DNA of 60,030 nt, filler included, from Sphacelaria rigidula (GCA_964200075.2; 7 parts of 7 records of this genome joined end to end with filler, not necessarily neighbours in it), one strand, 5' to 3'; shown: positions 1-12,968, counted from the first letter of the whole stretch. Numbers and translations: made by a program. Notes: a model not told the origin generated them from the sequence alone.

Positions 1-541
1 TGCTCCGTCCCGGCTTTGTAGGGATGCGAGGTCAATGATCTGATGACTATGGAATGCATGATCATGAGTACACCCCCTTCTTTGATTGATTCATTGAATG
101 ATTGTCGCACTTTGCTTGACCCTCCATGGGGGTCAGTCGTGGGCTCATGATGGGCATACCCAAGAAAAACAAAACTGAAACACTTGCCAAAAAAAGAAGG
201 AGCAGGGAAAAAAAGTCGAAGAGAGCGACATAGTAGACTGAGACATGAAAAAAGAATAACAAGGAAAGTTTTTTGCACCCTCTCAAAACAGGGACCTTTT
301 CGTGCAGGCGTGATGTTGCTGCTGCAGCCGTATGTTTGTGTCGCTGCTGCTGCTACTGCTGCTGCTGCTGCTGTCATGCCACCTTATGTTGTTGGTGTTG
401 GTGCACAGCCTTCTCTTCCGTTTTCCTGGTACTGTTTGACTGATTTTGTTAGGGTCAATCCTGACGTGGTAGGGAGAATACGGAAACTTTCGATCTGCAC
501 TTGACCTTGGTATAGGGTTAACATTTCCGCTCACATATGAG

Positions 542-892
542 CCGGTCACCCACCCCGGTGGCCCAAGTGGTAAGCTCGAAAAGCTGCTGACGGTTGGGTT
601 GTGGGTTCGAATCTCGGTGCAATCACACTAACTGCGTTTTTTCTCACACCATGCCCAAGCGTGGGGAGCGACCATGTCGTGGTACAAAAAAAGTCGACTT
701 TCACTGTTGACGAGGGAAAGGCACTACTGAATCCCTCTCGTGATATAAAATAGTCAAGCGTCGCGGAAGGAAGGTGGAGTACTTGAACAAAAGAAGAAGT
801 AAAAAGCTCTTGTGTTGGCCTTCCTTCTGTGTGACCCCGGCTGATGCGCCCACGTACACCGGAAAATGTAGACTGCGTCCAGGATAGATGGG

Positions 893-929
<37 letters not shown>

Positions 930-939
930 ACACACACAC
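542..939 (+). mobile_element. tRNA-derived SINE with (CA)n tail
   Basis: 5' head with A-box-like TGGCCCAAGTGG and B-box GGTTCGAATC, body shared with four other copies, (CA)n tail 894-939. Confidence 0.8.
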
Positions 940-1314
940 TTTTCCCGCATTTCACGGATGCATCGAGCGAAGGTGGTCAATCCAATCCCCATCCGGGCAA
1001 AATCGTTCAAGGGCATCGTTTGTCATTCTCCAGGAACCCCGTGTCAGGCGTTGTGTGTGATTCAGCGTAGTGTTCTCGGCGCCCGAGTTATCTGTACATG
1101 CGTATCTCCGTATCTCCGTATACCCATATTTCCGTTTTCTGCGTTTCCGGTGGGATTGACGCTTGGCTAGCTAGATGGCGGCTCTTGAAGATGTAGGGGG
1201 AATGCTATCTTCGAAAATCCACCGCGCGGTTCATGCAGGATTGTTTTCGTTTTATAAGGATTTGTGTGGTCGTCCCCTCCGCTGGTCACTGTGCTGCACA
1301 TACTCGCCCAACAG

Positions 1315-4300
1315 GACCAAGCAACGGGCGTCTCCAAGCTCACGCATCGCCACGCGACTTGTTCACATCGTCATCGATACGGTCCCAAGGCGGGGATGCC
1401 GCTTCACTACGAGTACGCGAAGGATTGCAAGTATCACCAGCAAAGATACCATGGTGAGTACGGCTTCCAGCCCATCGTTCATCTATTCCTGCATCTATAT
1501 ATATTCCTATATTATCCCTGTATCTAGTGTCTGTGAAGAGGTGGTCTATCTTTGGGGGACACTTGTGGAAGCGCTCCCCTGCCATGTCACTGTGGTGTCC
1601 ATATCACCCCACCCTTGTATGGTCCTCTTAGTACCTTCTTTCACGAGAAGAGGTTGAAAGAGGTAGATTTTTTTGTTACCGGCTAACGATGAGGATGCTT
1701 GTCCCTCCCGCTCGTTTCAACATGTATCTTTCGTGTCTTGGGTTGTGGAGCCAACATTCTCCGTCGGATGCCTTATCAAAAGGGTGTGAACTCTGCTACT
1801 CGCCCACCAGTTTTCTGGTCCCCAATCAGTTCCATGACCTAATAGCAACGCGCTCAACTTTGACATTTGCCTTTTCTTTATTTTGTCGATGCGATGGGAG
1901 ACGGGATTAAACCAGGACCTCCTGATCATGAAACCTACATAGTCATCGCACCCGAGGGTGATTCCCTCGAACGACACTCGTGAGATTTCACCCCTTTCAT
2001 GTGGTAGTCTCCAGTATATTCTAACGTAATCCTATTTCGTGTCGAGTCGTTTCAGCCCGTTATTTTGTTTCTTGTTTTTTTGTTTGTTCCGCTGTTTCGT
2101 TTCGGCCCCGTTCGGTTGTACTCGGTGCCGTGCCGTATGGTTCTGTCTTGCGCTGCTCTGTTCTGTTGGGTTCATGTCGTGTCATTTCGCTCCCGTGTCA
2201 TTTCGCTCCCGTGTCGTTGTGCTCCCGTGTCGTTTTGTTCCTGTGTCGTTCTGTTCCCGTGTCGTTTCGTTCCCGTACCGTTTCGTTCCCGTGTCGTTTC
2301 GTTCCCGTACCGTTCCATTCCCGTGTCATTTCGTTCCCGTACCGTTTCATTCCCGCGTCGTTTCGTTCCCGTGTCGTTCCCGTGTCGTTTCGGTCCCGTG
2401 TTGTTTGGTTCCCGTGTCGTTCCGTTCCCGTGTCGTTCCGTTCCCGATCCGTCTCGTTTCTGTGTCGTTCCATTTCCGCTTCATTTTTGTTGTCTTGCGC
2501 TTCGATTCGTTTGTGTACGACCTTCCATATTTTTGTGCTTATATTTGCAGTCGAGGGTGCGGAGGCTCTTAGATTGTGGTGGGAATATGATAGGGATCTC
2601 TGGGCTGTTCAGCCCAAAGGCGCGGCGTGTCCATACCAGGAGTGTGTATACAAGGTGCGCATATATCCCGACAAGATGAGAGTGATGCCACGATAGGGGT
2701 GCTCTTTGAAGTCCACAAGATTTCTGGGGCTGCACACTAATTTCGATTCATTCGGTGGATTGATTGTCGCGCTTTAACTGACCCCCCAGGGGTCCAACCG
2801 TGGGCACATGATAAACCTACCCAAGACAAATAAAACTGAAACACTCGCTGAAGAAAAAGAAGGAACAGAAAACAAGTCGGACAGAACAACATGGTAGACC
2901 AAGACGTGATAAAAATACAATAACAAAAAATTTAACAAAAGGAAAGCACAGAAAGAGATGGTCGATCTAAAAAAAAAACCCGGAAAATAAGAGGAAAGAA
3001 AATAGCAAAATAAATGAATAAATAAATGAATATAAATACGGCAAAGGCCCAGGGGATTCAGGGCAGCAGAGTAGATTCAGACACATACCAGTGGGCACTG
3101 CAGAGCCACCGACTAAGGACGTGATCAACAGCCGATATGAGCAGACAGGATTTTTCAATAGGCGGCCCTCGACGCATCAGCCTCTCGTTTGTGACGGCGG
3201 TCTGATTCTCGTTTGTCCGCGCGTTGCCACATGTCCTCAAAATCCTCCGCTCCTTTTTCGACTCCAATATGCCATTTGCCCATGCTCTTCGCCGCAGTGA
3301 CCCAACACTCGTATACATCGTTAACCTCTACACCGTAGACGAACCACTTCCGTCCAACCACTTCCGTCCACTTCCGTCCACTTCCGTCGGAAGTAAGGCC
3401 CAGATGATATTTGTCATCGAACAAGTCCCACAAAGAGGCTCAGAAAAAAAAAGTGCACCCCTACCGTGGCATTGCTGACAAACTATCTGAACGCGGTGTG
3501 CATGTCGCGAGTAGAAAATAACGAAAACATATTCTGCATCTCCATTATATACATATATATATATATATATATACCTGTAGATATATCAGATGAAGCCGTT
3601 CTCATGAAGTGCATCGCTCAACAGGCTCTTCGCCTCAGGCCACGGGCCACGGTTAACCGCCAACCTCTCTAATTTGGGACATGACTGGCTGATATGACGA
3701 TGTTCCCAGCTTAGCTTTTGAAATGTTGCACCGCACAGTTGTTCCAGGTGAAGTGGAATGTTGTTCCCATGTATGCTTTGAAACGTTTTTTTTTTATTGT
3801 TTTTTTCTCTCGCCTGAAACGTCTTCAAGCGTAAACTTGCCTTTCGGAACAATTCCGGCGCTTGATCCTCTCGTTGACGGCAGGGAATGGGTGGGGGAGG
3901 CGTCATTTTGTGGGGAAGTGAGAGATAGATGGCTCAGGCCGAAGCCAGATTTTCACGACAAATGGTCGAATTGGTTTTCGTGTTCCGAAAGGAAGATCGC
4001 TTGAGCTATCTCGGGCGTTTTGGTGTTGTATTGCTATTCTGGACTCAAGTAACGCTGTCCCGACGCAGGATCATTTTGTCCGCACGTACGCCAAAAGTTG
4101 CGCCAGCCTCTTTTTTGTGAGTTTCGTATCGTATACGTAGCGTCGCTGTTGATTGGGTGATTTTCTACCTGACAAAGTTTGATGCGCTCCGAATTCAGCC
4201 GTGGTCACCATGATCAAAGAACCCGGAATACGCCCTGGAGCAGAACTGAAGTGGAGTACAAGAGAGAAAATATACAGCGATGGATGACGAGAAGCATAAC

Positions 4301-7300
4301 CAATGAAGCTCCGGTAACTTTTACATGAAAATAGTGTCGATTACAGGCAGACATGAGCATACCGTACTGTACTGTACTGTACTGTACTGTTCTGAGCATT
4401 TTAATTCGACAGGAGGGGGTAGGGAAGAGCATATCATGCGGAAGGAGGGTCCTCGATCGCGCTCACGTTGGAAAGGATGGAGTAATGCATTCCTCTCCTT
4501 TTCAAACTTTATGTCTGTCGCGGTTGGTGGTGATGGTTGTTGTTGTTGTTGTCGTTGTTGTTACTGCATATATAGATATATATATATATATATACCCCCG
4601 ATATTTCAAGATTGTTGAGCTCTGTGTTCCACCATAACTTGATTGGTTGATTGATCGATTGTCGCACTTTTGTCTGTTCCCCCAGCAGTCATTTTTCAGC
4701 CGTGGTCACACGATAATGGACGTACCCGAGACAAAACAGAACTGACACAGTCGCTGAAGAAACGTGGAGAAAATAGAAACCCGTGGATGAAACCGTGTGC
4801 GAGATACTTACATGATGCAGTAACTTGTCTCTTGTCTCTGCGCGTATCAACATACATGTACCCCACGTTCATGTTGGAACAGTGTCTGGTCATCCTTGGT
4901 GGGTATGTACGTCTTGACTTTGGTCTGGAAGTTGCGTGCAGGCCATGATTGTCTTCTCTCTTGTTTGAAATGATACTGGAACAATCCAGACTTGCTGCTT
5001 GCCAACGCCGAGCACTCCTCCTCCTCCTCCTCCTCCTCCTCCTCCACGGTAATCAACTTCTAGGGTTGGCGTCGGTTGGCAATGCCGCCGTAAAGCACGC
5101 CACTCACTGGGTAAGGTAAGCAACCAGGTTACCATTCTCTTTTTCGCTTGCGTTTCTTCTTGCTTGCGTGTTATTCGCTGTAATCATGATGGTGGTCGAA
5201 TTTTATCACATTATGCCAAGGAGCAGAAGCTCAACTCCGTGCGATGGGGATGATCGTACTGCGTAGTGTTTTCATAAGGAGACACCCATGAGGCAGTGTG
5301 TAAGCCGTGGCTGTCTCTGGAAGTGACGAGACTAGAAAATGAAGCAACTCATTGGAGGCTGTCATCCGTTCGCAAGATAATCGGAAGGCTCCACGCCGAA
5401 CAACCTTAGCAGGATGAAGGTCACCCCTCACGCGACTCGCCGAACACATCATGGCACTTCGCGCTTTGTTTTGGTTGCGAACTTGTTCGGGCGAGAGCCG
5501 GGCGTGCTCCGTCACGGCTTAGTAGGGGTGCAAGGCCAATGGTCATAGGACTACGGAGACTACGGCATGCAACATAGTGAGTACAACGTACAACCCTCCG
5601 TTTATCAGCGGGATATTTCAAGGGCTCTTCCGTTACACGTTATACGTTACGTCACAAATGGGACGTATGACGAATTATACGTTACGTCACGCCCCATTTT
5701 TTCACCGGTACGTTACTGTGACGTGACACTTTTGACGTGACACTTGTGACGTATTCAAAAGTTGTGTGTTACGTCATGTCTCAGTAACGTATTTTTGAAT
5801 CGTTTATTGTGACGTGTGACGAATAATATACGTTACGATTGTGACGTTTAACGAAAAATATACCTTATGTTAGTGACGTGTAACGTTTTTTGGAACGTTA
5901 CCGTGACGTGTAACGAGTAATATACGTTACGTTTGTGACGTGTGCCGTAAAATGATGCGTTACACTTCGACCGGGTTGAGGGCAAATGAACGTCACGTAC
6001 GACATTGTAAGGTTCATGCACCGCAACCTGGTACGGGAGGTTCACGGTGGCTGCCTTGTTCGAGCATGAGGCGCGTTCTGCTCGCTATTTTGACATGTAA
6101 GATGCTTTTAAGCTAGTGCATCGCTCATGCGTCCCGGACTCACACGTTGCAATTTCAGAGAAATGCATGAGTATGTTATTGATGCACGATAATCAGACAG
6201 TGAGATACCAAGATGCGTGCAGGCCATGATGTACACATACAAACGCTACTATATACAGATCATACGTTAATGATACGGTAGTTGGTTGGCACTTCTTAGG
6301 ACAACATACAGCAGTCCGATTCGGTATTGTTATAATTATTTGCTCTCTCAGTAGGGCATGTATGCAGAAGATCTTTATTCTATATATATAATACACATAA
6401 ACTGATGATCCGGTGTGAATCCAGCCGCGTTCGCAGGGCGGACATCATGAAGGTAGAAACACATGATGACTCATTGTGCCAAGAAAAGAGACAAAAACGT
6501 ACACAACAAACCGTTCGGATAGAGAAGGACGGCAGAAAAACAGAAAAAACAAGACAACACCAACATGAAAAAACAAAACAAAACCAACTAAATATCGAAG
6601 TTGAAAATTTGAAATTCGGAAATTCGAAACTCGTGCTTTCGGATTCCGATATTCGCTTGTTCTATGTTCTGTGGTTGGGTGTGGTGTGGCGGTGCATGCT
6701 GCCGTGGCGCTGTGGTTGGGCTTATTTTGCGTACGTATTATGATGACGTATGCACACTCTTCTTGAACCCACGTATCATATTATGCGAGTATCACAGATG
6801 CTAATCTCACACTAATTAATTGTGGTCCAAGTTGAGCGTGTGACGGTAGTGACGTTCATTCAGACGTCACAAACGTATAATAACGTGACGTGTAACGTTT
6901 ATAGTGACGTGTAACGTATAAAATACGTCACGCGTCACAGGAAACCTTTCAAAATACGTAAATGTGACGTATAAAAGAAATACGTCACGTCACGTCAAAT
7001 TTGTGACGTATTGAAAAATTGAACGTTACGTCACGTTACGTTTGTGACTTATTCGAAAAACATACGTTACGTTACGTCACACTACTGTGCCTTAACGTTT
7101 GTGACGTGTCACGTGCGTGTCACGCAATGAGCCCTGGATATTTTCAATTTTTCGGTCACCCAGAAGCAAAGAATTGTGACATGCTAGGTGTGCATAGCTC
7201 CACGTCGTATATGCGTCTAGACTACCTTTTCTGCAGTTTATTACATGATGTACCTGACGAAGCACTTTTTTTTTGTTCCTCTCTGCATTGATACCGCTTC

Positions 7301-7666
7301 CCCCCCCCGGTCGATTAAAATACGAAAAACGAACATGTTACCTCCGTCGACCTCCGGATGGTCGAAATGACGGACGTACGCGAAAAAATCAACAGGATGC
7401 GACTACCGGGGTATCACTCGTCCGTCATTTCCACGCTACCTGCCACCATCGACACGAGCGCGGGCGAGCAAAGGGCATGCCTATCCACTACACCAACACG
7501 GACGACCTACGCGCCCACGAACAGCTCCACGCCGTGGAGAGCACACTCGAGGACAACCAGGAGGCGGCGGAGCCGGCGCCGCCGGGGTCGGCGGAGAAGA
7601 GTCCAGGCGGGAGACACAAGAAGCGACCCACGACAAGGTCGCGGTCGGCATCTCCGGCAGCTAAGG
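1315..7666 (+). CDS. Partial multi-exon gene, His/Cys-rich repeat protein (Castor-like C2H2-type zinc-finger repeats); exons 1315-1453, 2551-2654, 7396-7666
   Basis: Three AG/GT-bounded exons splice in phase (1, 0) to DQATGVSKLTHRHATCSHRHRYGPKAGMPLHYEYAKDCKYHQQRYH-VEGAEALRLWWEYDRDLWAVQPKGAACPYQECVYK-DATTGVSLVRHFHATCHHRHERGRAKGMPIHYTNTDDLRAHEQLHAVE...; exons 1 and 3 are paralogous at the amino-acid level. Start and stop not identified. Confidence 0.75.
2165..2480. repeat. Degenerate 15-20 bp tandem repeat (TTTCGTTCCCGTGTCG)
   Basis: More than 15 imperfect copies, intronic, just upstream of the 2551 exon. Confidence 0.85.
2685..3472. mobile_element. Short MITE (TIR CACGRTAGGGGTGC) carrying the nested LINE fragment
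   Basis: ATGCCACGATAGGGGTGC at 2685 and GCACCCCTACCGTGGCAT ending 3472; an uninterrupted relative lies at 46808-46944. Confidence 0.7.
2752..3435 (-). mobile_element. LINE 3' fragment (ORF2 C-terminus, 3' UTR, AATC-type tail); shorter 3' ends at 81-290, 4640-4790, 46948-47120 and 57852-57925
   Basis: Minus ORF WVTAAKSMGKWHIGVEKGAEDFEDMWQRAD resembles a LINE ORF2 tail (recollection, not searched); all copies share AAGTGCGACAATCAATC 3' ends and variable 5' truncation. Confidence 0.6.
5044..5590. repeat. Abundant dispersed repeat of about 550 bp (class unresolved); other copies or ends at 1-77, 20336-20386, 46594-46645, 51543-51603 and 58975-59945
   Basis: Shared GGGTTGGCGTC...CAACCAGGTTACC...TCAACTCCG...CGGCGTGCTCCGTC.CGGCTT.GTAGGG.TGC.AGG.CAATGGTC...GAGTAC, typically followed by a C-run. 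Confidence 0.85.
5620..7136. mobile_element. Non-autonomous hAT-like DNA transposon
   Basis: TIRs AGGGCTCTTCCGTTACACG / CGTGTCACGCAATGAGCCCT, 8-bp TSD GATATTTC / GATATTTT, dense subterminal GTGACG / CGTTAC motifs at both ends. Confidence 0.8.
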
Positions 7667-8004
7667 GTACGCAGCGTATATATGATGGAAAATTGTGAGC
7701 TGGGAGTACAGTGGCCTTTGGTCCGGTGAACCCTGGTTCTCGGAGGGATCTCATGGATTGTAAAACAACTGCACAGACCCCACAGTCGTAGACGACGATA
7801 TATACTTTACTCTGTGTCCCATGAGTTTAGCTTCGCTACGGGCTGTGCATCATGTCTCCGTAGCGGAGGTGCTTACAATGACGCAGGTAACATCCATTGA
7901 AGATGTGATCGTTATGGACATATATAGATGATCATGGAAAAAAAGAAAAAAAAGATCCGGAGTACAACAAGTTGTTGAGAATTGTTGAGTTGAAATCGCC
8001 CAAA

Positions 8005-8155
8005 TCTGAAATAAACTCTTCTGGAACGAGCCCATTGACGATTTTTGTTTTTGTAAATCGGCAGCGTCATTTTTTTCGTCATTTTTCAAAGTCGAAATGA
8101 TGCCGATTCACAAAAACAAAAATCGTCAATGGGTTCGTTCCAAAAGGGGTTAATG
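8005..8155. repeat. Inverted repeat/hairpin core
   Basis: TGGAACGAGCCCATTGACGATTTTTGTTTTTGTAAATCGGCA / TGCCGATTCACAAAAACAAAAATCGTCAATGGGTTCGTTCCA. Confidence 0.8.
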
Positions 8156-8395
8156 GCCAAGGTTGGCTGATACTTTGATGATCGTTGCCGACTTTCGACC
8201 ACAAAACGTTGGATACATGCTCTCGTATAGCTCTGCGGTGCCCGAGAAGGCGTGCTCCTTTTTGATGCGAGTCGGAACAAGATCGGAACGATGGAAATAT
8301 TTCGTTTTTGGTTATTATGTTCTAATGTCCAACTTTTTATCGGGAGGGGAGGGGAGGGGAGGGGAGGAGAGGGGAGAGGTTAGTGGGAGGCAGGG

Positions 8396-8430
<35 letters not shown>

Positions 8431-8492
8431 TTTTTTTGGTTTGCTTAGTGGTCCTTTGACCACGCAACCCCACCCTTTCGAGCCGAAACCCC

Positions 8493-8592
8493 NNNNNNNN
8501 NNNNNNNNNNNNNNNNNNNNNNNNNNNNNNNNNNNNTTAATTAATTAANNNNNNNNNNNNNNNNNNNNNNNNNNNNNNNNNNNNNNNNNNNN
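8493..8592. other. Artificial contig linker (N44-TTAATTAATTAA-N44); repeated at 17084-17183, 25675-25774, 34265-34364, 42854-42953 and 51443-51542
   Basis: Six identical 100-bp spacers containing stops in all frames. Confidence 0.98.
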
Positions 8593-11500
8593 GGTCGCCC
8601 CCCCCCCCCCGCCGCACAGCACCCCACGGCCGGGCGGCTGGGGGGGCCCCCCCCCCCCCCCCCCTCAAAAACTTGAATTTCGATCTTGGGGCCCACGTGC
8701 CCAGATTTTTTTTCTACGCTGCCCCCTGGCCCGCCCTATTTTTGACTGCCCGCACTTGACCCGCATACCAAAATCATTGCACTTTTGAAAGGAAACTTTC
8801 CTTGTGCATTTCTCGACCGTGGATAAAGACACCCCAATGAAACTTGGTGCACTAGTTAGACATAACACAGGCAGTGTGTACACCGGAGGACCGCTCCTTT
8901 CGGCCAACGAGCAAATTAAACGAAGCGAATACCAATATACCGTAGATGAGCCCTCAAAACGGATATATCGCAGCCCAGAATCGGTGCACTGTGAGTAAAC
9001 GCATATATGGACATGGTGGCGCACTCACTTCCACATCATGATCACGTGCGAGGGTACAGTGCTGGCAAACAAATATAGACCAGTACTGGCACACCGTCTG
9101 GATGATGACAATCTGTAGAAAATCATAACGGTATCGGTATCGTCTGTAGAAATACTCAGCGCGAGAGTCACGGTCGTACGCGTGCTGTCGTCGCTGCAAG
9201 GCGCTGAAACTTGGGTCGAATGCCATGTAAACCAAAATCAACGAGCTCTGCGTCTGGATCTGAGATTGGGCGCTGCAACAGTGCACGAGGGGATAAAAAG
9301 AGCTTCGATTCTGTTGCGATTTTTTTTTTTTCATATTCGGCGCAAGACTGTGATTAGTCAGAATGGTCTCTCCGCTCCTCTCAGGCCTCACTCTCAGCTT
9401 ATAATTTCTGTGAGAAACTTCCAAACACACATGGTTGACATGCTGAGCTTCTCGGCTGTCCTGCGAACAGGCCCCACCCCCTGTAAAAAAAAACTTCGCC
9501 CCCAGGAAACCCTCGGATGTCCTGAGACTATCAGCATGTGGAACTGTTCCGAGGTGACGCTCGCTGTCTATGGGTAAAGGTCGAAATATATCGGCATCGT
9601 TTCGACCTGATTGAGGAGGGTTCCCCCAACTTTGTCTTCGAATTATTCATCGTTGTGATATTTCAACCGCCAACCGTACTCCCAACCGAAGGCATACCAA
9701 GGACTCTCGGGCAACGGGGGCGCGAGATGCCCCAGACGAAGACTGCGTTGGCAGGCCTTAAATCTTCGCCCTCGGCGCAGATTTAGACAACGACGCGTTC
9801 TCATCATGCTTGGATGATCTGAATCTCGGTTTTTGCACTTAAATCAAATTCGTAACAACCGTGACTAATATGAAAACGAACTGGGTTGAAGTCTACTGAT
9901 CTCATTCGAAAAAATTATATGTGCCCCCGTGTGCAGCATCGAAATTCATGCGCACCCTATGATGATGGCAAAAACACTTGAGACTGGTCAATGCCGGATG
10001 ACCACCGCGACCGTGATAGCTGGGGTCACAGTTTCAATCCTTCAGTCGGAATCAGTACAACCAATCCAGAGTACACAAGTACAGTAGCATGATGCTCTAG
10101 CCTCTCCTTCCTCACTACTCGTCGCGTGGCCGACTTCCTTTCGTCTGCGTGACTTCCTGCTGCCAACTCAAAAGTTACAAAGTGCGCTGTGTCGATTGTT
10201 TTAAATCTCAATTTTTTTTGCTTGCTTATTTCCCGTCCATGTATAGTGCACGCCGGCGAAATATGAAGAGAAAAGCGCTGCTGCTTCGTGTATTGTACCC
10301 AGCAGCACAGAGACCCCGAGGTAAAGAGCATGGCGTGCACCGGAGCAGCAACATCATGGAGACTGTACTGTGCTCTTCAGTTTGTTAAATGTGTTGAGTC
10401 TGTCGGTACCGCCATGTTCGCCGTGCCGTACAGCAAAATGATTGACGACGTACAAATAGAACGGTACGCATGACGAGGTAAGTAGACGGAATCCCAACTA
10501 AAACCCCTGTTCGATGACCCCTATACCCATTTGATAATGCGAATTAACTAGTTTAATGCTTTTTTACGCACCGCTGCGCCATGACCCTGATATGTGCGAT
10601 GACCCGCAGTTTCACGGTAGCACATGACATGGCTACGATGACGATGCATAGAAAGCTGTTTGCGTTTTTTGCACGATATATCGCCACATACGAGACACGA
10701 TATCAATGCGCTATATCCCGGATATGTCGGGAGTAGATATATCAACATGTGGGATAGGATACCATACTCATCACTATTACCGACCCTCAAGTCTGGGACT
10801 TGATCGCTGAAGAAGCGTTTGGTGGTTGTGATGACCCCGCCATGACGATTATATGCTGTAGCCTTGACTCCTGTTCCGGCATCGCAGCGTCATTTGGGTG
10901 CGACAACTCATTGCTCAGTAAATAACGAGAGGAAGACATAGCTCGCGTAAGCCATGTATTGTCAACGTTGTTGCCGTTCGGTCAAACAAGCTGATGATAG
11001 TCTCGTCCGCAACGGCATCGTGGTTGTTGAGTTATGAATCAAACGTGAGACGAGTCACGTTTTACGGCGGTGAGTGTCACCACTGTGCGACGTGTTTATT
11101 CGCAGACCCTATCGTTGTTTGAGCGTACCTTGGGGTTTGCAGCTGGGAAGAAGTAACTACTAGACACTCTGCACTCGGATGATTTGTGTCACCCTTGAAT
11201 TTGGCAGATCGCCTGAACCTCTCACAGCATCTTGGTCGTGTCAGCACACCACCGGTGCGTACTCGTCGGGAGTTTTACCATACCTCAGAAAAGTAAGAGG
11301 GTTCGGAGCTGACTACGCTGTGTTTGATGTGTGTTGCTCGGCACTGTTGGACAGCACGACACGTAAGTCTAGTCTCTGCCCCAATTCAGCACGGCTGGAA
11401 CGGCCCCGTCCGGCCTACACGTAGGTTCCAGAAGTTCTGTTCACTTCCCGATGTTGCGTAGGTTAGGTATGCCCTGAAACGATGGGAACCGTGGGTGAAC

Positions 11501-11996
11501 GGTGTCAGATGGTGCTGAATATCATGAGCGTGACTCGTTTCCCATTTTTTCGTTACTCGACAAGTACGATCCCGTTGTGTGCGGGTCTAGGTTATCTGTT
11601 TGAACGGCCATGACTTATCAGCACGTCATTTGCGCGAGCTGCGTCCCCTTCTCGTTGTACACTGAGTGATACAGCCACCGAACGCCTCTTTAGCCATCCA
11701 TCCTTGACTTGTTGACGGTCTCAAGCACTCCCCAGCGCACAGCACGCGTTTTGGCTCAATTTGTCACCTACACCTATCAACGCATGCTTCGCGCTATGGA
11801 CTTGCTTTGTCCTGGCTTTTCTAGGATTTAGTTCAGGATCTCTTTATGTACATTGCGTAGAGAACCCAGAGTTGACAAATCACTGAACTACTTGACGGCG
11901 CATTCGCGTAAATCACTCTCAACAATACACGTCGTTGCTGCCCATCATTCATCTGAAATGATTCTACAGACACGTTTCGTTAAGTCACAGTGTTCC

Positions 11997-12968
11997 CAAG
12001 ATGCTCCCCATATCCCGTACGGCGCCAGTATCAAGCACAGTGTCACCCTTACCCGTATACTAGGCACGACCAGTATCCACCAGTACAAGACTACAAAAAT
12101 ACCCAGTATCACCAGTATTCTACAGTATCGGGCCGCAAAATACCCAGTATCGCTAGAATCCGCCAGTATGAAGCCGCAAAATACCCAATATCGCCAGTAT
12201 CCGCCAGTATGAGGCGGTGAAATACCCAGTGAAATGAATCTACAAAGAGATGTGATACTTTACAGCATCATGCTACAGCGAGAGACATTCTGCCCCACAA
12301 ACACACACGCGAAGAATACCCCTTCTGGTTGACTCCCACATACACTAGCCCTACGAGTATGCTAGGGAATGATTCCAGTAACGGCGCCTGGGGAAGCCGT
12401 GTTGCAGTAGGGGATGATGTAGCGGACAGTCCGGGACGTGCGGCAAACCCCAACGGCGTTGCTGCCGGACCTGACGCTTGTATAAAACCACCACCAGCTG
12501 GGGGAGAGGATAGCGCCACGAGCCTTTCACCGACATTCGCAAAATATGACGATGTTGTGGAAGTTCCGAAGTCAAGAAAGCCATTCAGAAGCAAAAATGT
12601 CGCCTATGATATCACACGCGGTCATTTGGCTACCCCCAAAGATCCCTCCACACGAAAATTGCAAAGATGATCCCGTATCCCGTATGGCCCCAGTATCCAG
12701 TAGAGTATCACCCGTACCCGTATACTGGGCACGACCAGTATCCACCCCGTATGAGACGGCAAAAATACCCAGCATCACCAGTGTCCTCCAGTATCGGGCC
12801 GTAAAATACACAGTATTGTCAGTATCCGCCAGTATGAAGCGATAAATCACCCTGCATCACCAGTATTCACCAGTATGAGATGAGGAATTACGGGGGGTGT
12901 ACGGATACGGGCCAGTACAGAAATCCGTACGGGCCATACTGGTACGTATCATAGGGGGAGCATCTTTG
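11997..12968. mobile_element. Composite TIR element with CCAGTAT subterminal repeats
   Basis: CAAGATGCTCCCC / GGGGAGCATCTTTG termini; a second left end (CAAAGATGATCCCGTATCCCGTA) at about 12662 duplicates the 12000-12230 block. Confidence 0.7.

Noticed and set aside
542..625. Possible tRNA gene
   Set aside because: Only A/B boxes are retained and it continues into a multi-copy body with a CA tail, so it is a SINE head.
1175..1657. 160-aa ORF as a gene start
   Set aside because: The frame that is conserved in the paralogous exon at 7396 is a different one (1264-1527 frame).
2039..2696. Long ORFs in three frames
   Set aside because: Produced by a stop-free tandem repeat; only 2551-2654 looks like a real exon.
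8537..8548. TTAATTAATTAA motif recurring every about 8.59 kb
   Set aside because: Synthetic linker inside N-runs.
10247..10320. Candidate upstream exon of the DHHC gene (ends CCG AG|GTAAAG, phase-compatible)
   Set aside because: Translation lacks the expected C-x2-C-x3-KP motif preceding RAHHC.
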